DNA of 64,000 nucleotides from Minisyncoccota bacterium (GTDB lineage Bacteria; Patescibacteriota; Minisyncoccia; Phycocordibacterales; UBA1550): NCBI GenBank assembly GCA_023229865.1, contig JALNYL010000003.1, positions 22,109 to 86,108 of the forward strand, read 5' to 3'. Shown piece by piece: positions 59,827 to 64,000 of this stretch (position 1 is its first letter; each line of letters starts with the position of its first letter). The notes under the pieces were generated by a model. It saw only the letters and a program-made list of their open reading frames with translations, ran no database searches and was not told where the DNA came from. The position numbers and the translations under genes were made by a program.

Positions 59827-60207
59827 TTATTTCTTGTCAGCCTTGCGACGTCCTGAACCCATTGTTGTACGCTTGTTGCCGCGTACGGTGCGTGAGTTTG
59901 TCTTTGTGCGCTGTCCGCGAACAGGAAGCTTCTTTGCATGACGTGTTCCGCGGTGTGCTTTGATTTCTTTCAAACGCTTGATGTTTGTTGAAATTTCACG
60001 CTTGAGATCTCCTTCGAGGGTGAGTCCTTCGATAACTTTACGAATTTTCGCTTCGTCATCGGGGGTCAAATCCTTGGCACGCTTGCCGTGGTCAATGCCG
60101 ACCATGTCGAGAAGCTCCTTTGCGCGTGGACGGCCAATACCGTACACCGCCGTAAGGCTTACCTCCAATCTCTTTTCATCTGGTATTGTTACTCCTAGGA
60201 TACGCAT
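59827..60207 (-). CDS. rpsM: 30S ribosomal protein S13
   Basis: MRILGVTIPDEKRLEVSLTAVYGIG canonical S13. Confidence 0.95.
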   Translation of the reverse strand: MRILGVTIPDEKRLEVSLTAVYGIGRPRAKELLDMVGIDHGKRAKDLTPDDEAKIRKVIEGLTLEGDLKREISTNIKRLKEIKAHRGTRHAKKLPVRGQRTKTNSRTVRGNKRTTMGSGRRKADKK

Positions 60208-60236
60208 AATTCTTATATCTTAAATTAGTTTATCTA

Positions 60237-60350
60237 TTAACCCTGGCGCTGCTTATGGCGTGGGTTTTCGCAGATAACACGAATACGGTCTCCACGCTTG
60301 ACCGTCTTGCATTTCACGCAGATTTTCTTTACTGATGCTCGTACTTTCAT
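60237..60350 (-). CDS. rpmJ: 50S ribosomal protein L36 (not in ORF track)
   Basis: minus-strand translation [37 protein letters not shown] (C-x2-C-x12-C-x4-H zinc ribbon). Confidence 0.9.
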   Translation of the reverse strand: MKVRASVKKICVKCKTVKRGDRIRVICENPRHKQRQG

Positions 60351-60525
60351 ATTTAAACTGGTTTAGGTATTGCCGTATTTCTATATGTATAAGAAATACG
60401 GCAGCGTTTCGAAAACAGTGAGGGCATTGTATCGCATTTCTAAATTAAATGCAAGCCCTCCCCCTTTTTCGTCCTGTGTATTTCTGCCTATTAATCACCC
60501 CACCCGAGAACCCCCTCCAAAATCC

Positions 60526-60741
60526 CTATAGACGCTTGATGATACGGCCTTTTCCGCCATATGGATCGAGCTTTACCATAACCTTATCCCCGATAAGGAC
60601 CTTGATACGGTGAAGTCTCATTTTCCCTGCCAAGTAGCAAATGATGATTTTCCCATCTGCAAACTCTACACGGAACATGGCGCTTGGTAGCGCTTCAACG
60701 ACTTCTCCTTGTGTAAGTTCCTCTTTTTCGATTTCTGCCAT
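60526..60741 (-). CDS. infA: translation initiation factor IF-1
   Basis: S1-like OB fold, 71 aa. Confidence 0.92.
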   Translation of the reverse strand: MAEIEKEELTQGEVVEALPSAMFRVEFADGKIIICYLAGKMRLHRIKVLIGDKVMVKLDPYGGKGRIIKRL

Positions 60742-60789
60742 TTGTGAGTGCTTATAGTACCAAAACTTTGACCCGACGTCAAAGGTCTA

Positions 60790-62151
60790 TTACTTCGTCA
60801 GGATTTTAACCGTAATTTTTGAAGCGTCTACAGGGAACATCGTCTTCCACATTGGGCGAATGACGGCGTCGGCTTTGTATACATTGGTCTCGCTGGTAAT
60901 CATGGTAGCAAAATCTTTCTTCTCCTTGCCGACGAGCGCGGTGCGGATTTTGTCTGAATCTATTTTCCCCACGAAGGTAGCCTCCCCGCCGATATGGAAC
61001 TTGAGCTTTGTGAGGTCTGAGAGAATAATGCTGTCGACAGAATCTACAAAAGCAAAGGTGAGCGCAGACATCTCGGGAATCGAGAGTGATTTATCTTTGT
61101 CCTCAGGAAGCGCGACCTCGGCAAGCTTTCGCGTCAAAAGTTCTGTATCGAAGAAAAATACTGACGCAGTCGCGCGAACCGAAACATTTGAAGTATCTGC
61201 TTCACTAAACTCCTGCGGTACTTCTTCAAACTTGATGACCATACTTCCTGGGAAGAATGATGAGCCGTCAGGAATCTGAGTACGCACTTTTTCAGCGGTA
61301 ATCTTTTTGAGGTCCTGCTTGAGCTCTTCGCGCGCAGCGATAATGGATTCGTCAGATGGCACTTTTACGACACCTGAAAATCCGCCACTAATAGGCGAAT
61401 CAGCTTTTGAAGCTGCGGTGATCTTGGAATAGCGGGGGTCCCCCTTGAAACCAGGGATAGTAAAATTGGTCGTGCCAATATTGTAATCCTTTGGCGCGAC
61501 GTCGGAGTATACTGTCACCTCCACTGAGCCGGGCACATTTTTTCCGCCCACAACTTTCATCCCAGGAACAACAACTGATTTATTGATACGAAAAATCTTG
61601 TGTTCAGGAGATTCGAGGCGCGTATTAATAACGAGAGACTGAGGCGCACTACTGTATGCATTGAAAATCACCACCTTACCTGACGCTTTTACCTGAACCT
61701 TCTTCTCAATAGTTGCAGGAACTTCTTTTGTCTTTTCTTCGGTAAGGGTCGCAGTATTAAAAACGAGCTCGCCCTCGACTGCCTCTTTTGGTACGGTGAT
61801 AGTCGCGTCAATCGTCGCAGGACGTGTGATCGGTACAATCTCAACCGTTGCCGTCGCAAAGAAATTTGCTACAACAAAACCGAGCGCAAGAAGCATCGTA
61901 AAAAGAAGTGCCCAGAGAATACCCTTCACCCCTGAACCAGAACGAGCATCCGAACCCGTGTCACCAGAAATAGGGCGTTCTACTTTCTTTGGGCGTGGCT
62001 TTTCAAAAAATGGGTTTGATTCAATACGACTACCACCACTACTGCGCTCTTTTGGAGCAGGTGTTGTCTCAGGGACAATGACAGGACGGCGCACGATGTC
62101 GTTTTGAGGGACAATCACGTCTTTCATTTGTTTTCGAATAATGTCGTTCAT
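60790..62151 (-). CDS. hypothetical bitopic membrane protein (453 aa; cytoplasmic N-tail, one TM, large extracytoplasmic domain)
   Basis: TM at ILWALLFTMLLALGFVVANFF; immediately downstream of the PilM/FtsA-like gene. Confidence 0.55.
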   Translation of the reverse strand: MNDIIRKQMKDVIVPQNDIVRRPVIVPETTPAPKERSSGGSRIESNPFFEKPRPKKVERPISGDTGSDARSGSGVKGILWALLFTMLLALGFVVANFFATATVEIVPITRPATIDATITVPKEAVEGELVFNTATLTEEKTKEVPATIEKKVQVKASGKVVIFNAYSSAPQSLVINTRLESPEHKIFRINKSVVVPGMKVVGGKNVPGSVEVTVYSDVAPKDYNIGTTNFTIPGFKGDPRYSKITAASKADSPISGGFSGVVKVPSDESIIAAREELKQDLKKITAEKVRTQIPDGSSFFPGSMVIKFEEVPQEFSEADTSNVSVRATASVFFFDTELLTRKLAEVALPEDKDKSLSIPEMSALTFAFVDSVDSIILSDLTKLKFHIGGEATFVGKIDSDKIRTALVGKEKKDFATMITSETNVYKADAVIRPMWKTMFPVDASKITVKILTK

Positions 62152-62152
62152 T

Positions 62153-63334
62153 TTATTTTGAAAGTTGCTCGGTTAATTTTTCTGCAAGAAGCGCTTCGAC
62201 CACAATGAAGGGATCACGCACGACCCCTGCTTCAAACGCAACAAATTTGGAAACAATGAGCTGATCTAGATATTGTACCTCAAACGCTGCCCCAATCAAA
62301 AGTTCCGACTTCGCACTGAGAATAAGCTTTGAAAAAATAGGCTCGATATCGGCATCGGTGGTGAAGAAAATTTTACCTGGGAGGGCCTGTTTGTTGGCGA
62401 GGGTTGAAATAACTTTTTCAAAACGCGCAAGCCACTTCCCTTCTACAAAAGCGACGACTTCGGCAATCTGCGCGCGACGCGCTTCGTCGAGCTCACCGCG
62501 GAGATACATCGCAAAGAGTGATGCCGCCTCTGCGTGCACCGTACGGAGGCGTGCGGAAATCTCGCGGATAAAAAAGTTTTTACCGTACGGGAAAGAAATC
62601 GTCCCCACCAGAAGATCATCACTTACGCGCGAAACATCCGTAGCCTCACCAGTGATGTCGAGAAAAAGAAAATTTTTCTCCGTAGGATACATATCACGAA
62701 TAGTGTTGAACGCAGCCACAGGGAACGCGCCAAAATGAATCTCTTTTACGTGGAAGAATTTATGGATTTTGTGCTCAATACTTTTGATCACCTTTTCTGA
62801 AGAGACGCCGACTGTCGCAGCCAACTCCATACGATCAGTACGCTGCTTGTAGGGATTTTTGATTTCATAACCATTGAGCTTCATCTGAATGATTTTCTTT
62901 TCGATGACATGTACGTCCTGAGGAGGAAGCGTCTCTTTGAGTTCAACTTTCAAAAGCTCGACGTCTTCATTGATAAAACCTTCGAGTGTCTCTGGAGTAA
63001 CTTCAAACTCTACATCGCGCTCGATGTGCAAATTGCGCGTCTTCAAAATAAACCACGGAGAAGACATTGTGCAGAAGACAGCACCTGGCGCCCCGACGCT
63101 ACTCACTTGGAGTTTCTTGAGGACATTTTCAAGTGTGCGTCCCATCGCAAAAAGAAATCGTTGCGCAGAAAGTGCGTCTTGAAAAGAAATATCTTCACGA
63201 ACACTCGCAAGGACAACAGGGGCTGTGCCTTTTTCGATTCTTATCAGAGCGGCACCAACACTCGCTGAGCCAATATCAACAAGAAGCGTGAGTGGTTTGT
63301 TTGATTTTGATTTTGTTAAAAACGAGAGAGGCAT
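62153..63334 (-). CDS. actin-fold ATPase of the PilM/FtsA family
   Basis: phosphate-1 LLVDIGSASVGAALI, phosphate-2-like FLDITGEATDV. Confidence 0.65.
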   Translation of the reverse strand: MPLSFLTKSKSNKPLTLLVDIGSASVGAALIRIEKGTAPVVLASVREDISFQDALSAQRFLFAMGRTLENVLKKLQVSSVGAPGAVFCTMSSPWFILKTRNLHIERDVEFEVTPETLEGFINEDVELLKVELKETLPPQDVHVIEKKIIQMKLNGYEIKNPYKQRTDRMELAATVGVSSEKVIKSIEHKIHKFFHVKEIHFGAFPVAAFNTIRDMYPTEKNFLFLDITGEATDVSRVSDDLLVGTISFPYGKNFFIREISARLRTVHAEAASLFAMYLRGELDEARRAQIAEVVAFVEGKWLARFEKVISTLANKQALPGKIFFTTDADIEPIFSKLILSAKSELLIGAAFEVQYLDQLIVSKFVAFEAGVVRDPFIVVEALLAEKLTEQLSK

Positions 63335-63386
63335 TACTCTTCTATTGTATCACGACGCCCTCATTTGTTTCAACGAAATAGACGAC

Positions 63387-64000
63387 TTACAACTTCTTCT
63401 TTAAAAATGCGAGATACTCTTTGTTGCCCTCTCCGCCCAAAATCGGCGAATCAGTAATCCCGAGGCAAGAAAAGCCAATCTCGTCAGCTTTTGCGAGGAC
63501 ATTTTTTATTGCATTCTGACGCGCTTCTTCGTCTTTAACCACACCACCCTTGCCGAGGTTGCCCTTACCTACCTCAAACTGCGGCTTGATGAGCACAATT
63601 GCGCTTCCCTCTTCTTTAAGAAGTCCGCGCATTGGTGTAAAAATGTTGGCAAGAGAAATAAACGAAACATCTACAACGGCAATATCTGCGAGCTCAGGGA
63701 GTGTCGCTTCACGAATATCAGTACTCTCCATTGAGATTACACGTGGGTCATTACAAAGCTCGGGCACGAGCTGGCTATGCCCCACATCTATTGCATACAC
63801 TTTTTTTGCGTCGTTCTGAAGAAGGCAATCAGTGAAGCCACCGGTCGACGCGCCGATGTCGACCGCCGTGAGCCCGGCGACGTTCACATTGAAATGCTTG
63901 AGTGCGTGCGCGAGCTTGAGTCCACCACGACCGACATACGGGAGCTTCTCTGTGACCTCGACAGGGATTACTTCATCAACAATCATGCTCGGCTTCTCGA
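63387..64000 (-). CDS. tlyA: TlyA-family rRNA 2'-O-methyltransferase, 5' end probably beyond window (ORF open to window edge)
   Basis: YVGRGGLKLAHAL...DIGASTGGFTD...VDVSFISL FtsJ-fold motifs; in-frame EKPS upstream of listed Met with no stop before position 64000. Confidence 0.75.
   Translation of the reverse strand, partial: EKPSMIVDEVIPVEVTEKLPYVGRGGLKLAHALKHFNVNVAGLTAVDIGASTGGFTDCLLQNDAKKVYAIDVGHSQLVPELCNDPRVISMESTDIREATLPELADIAVVDVSFISLANIFTPMRGLLKEEGSAIVLIKPQFEVGKGNLGKGGVVKDEEARQNAIKNVLAKADEIGFSCLGITDSPILGGEGNKEYLAFLKKKL

Noticed and set aside
1-64000. CRISPR arrays, tRNA/rRNA genes, transposases/integrases
   Set aside because: No regularly spaced direct repeats and no tRNA-like cloverleaf candidates in intergenic regions; no recognisable transposase or integrase ORFs. 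Cannot exclude short ncRNAs without a covariance-model search.

Overview
The window reads as a 64 kb chromosomal segment from a small-genome, moderately AT-rich bacterium. Its ribosomal-protein operons have Bacillus/E. coli-like order, while minimal UvrC, AspRS and L13 and several leaderless-looking promoters suggest a reduced lineage, possibly CPR/Patescibacteria-like (inference). The window carries two kinds of content. Housekeeping genes: uvrA, uvrC and yqeY; rmuC; rplU; a dnaB-recR operon; cysS; corA; ctp; rplI; rpmA; glmS; SNase; mutY-like/nth; a gltX-murG-ftsW-mraY block; dacA-like-scpB-scpA-aspS-trpS; two tandem histidine kinases; grpE-dnaK-dnaJ; and an rpsI-rplM-rplQ-rpoA-rpsD-rpsK-rpsM-rpmJ-infA cluster. 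Accessory-looking AT-rich islands encoding surface and membrane proteins: (1) three tandem small Cys-rich paralogs with a CxCxCGxPL signature, co-directional with dnaB-recR; (2) a 1658-aa secreted giant protein (beta-helix, M6-like HExxH metalloprotease, internal TM hairpin, Ig-like domains). Downstream of it is a tandemly duplicated ~0.8 kb unit (C-terminal cassette plus a small membrane protein gene). One small-gene copy carries an (AATA)7 tetranucleotide tract and the other a T7/A7 homopolymer frameshift, suggesting phase variation. (3) Four tandem membrane-protein genes, each preceded by an identical ~37-nt extended -10 (TGgGATAAT) leaderless promoter cassette, whose in-frame readthrough produces the artefactual 'MCNGGIILGMKK' N-termini in the ORF track. 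Other points of note are a degenerate (RGDEF) GGDEF protein, a PHP/DEDD-exonuclease/ClpP-like trio, two adjacent histidine kinases with no response regulator in the window, and a structured 250-nt noncoding region with a 22-bp perfect hairpin. No tRNA/rRNA genes, CRISPR arrays or transposases were recognised.
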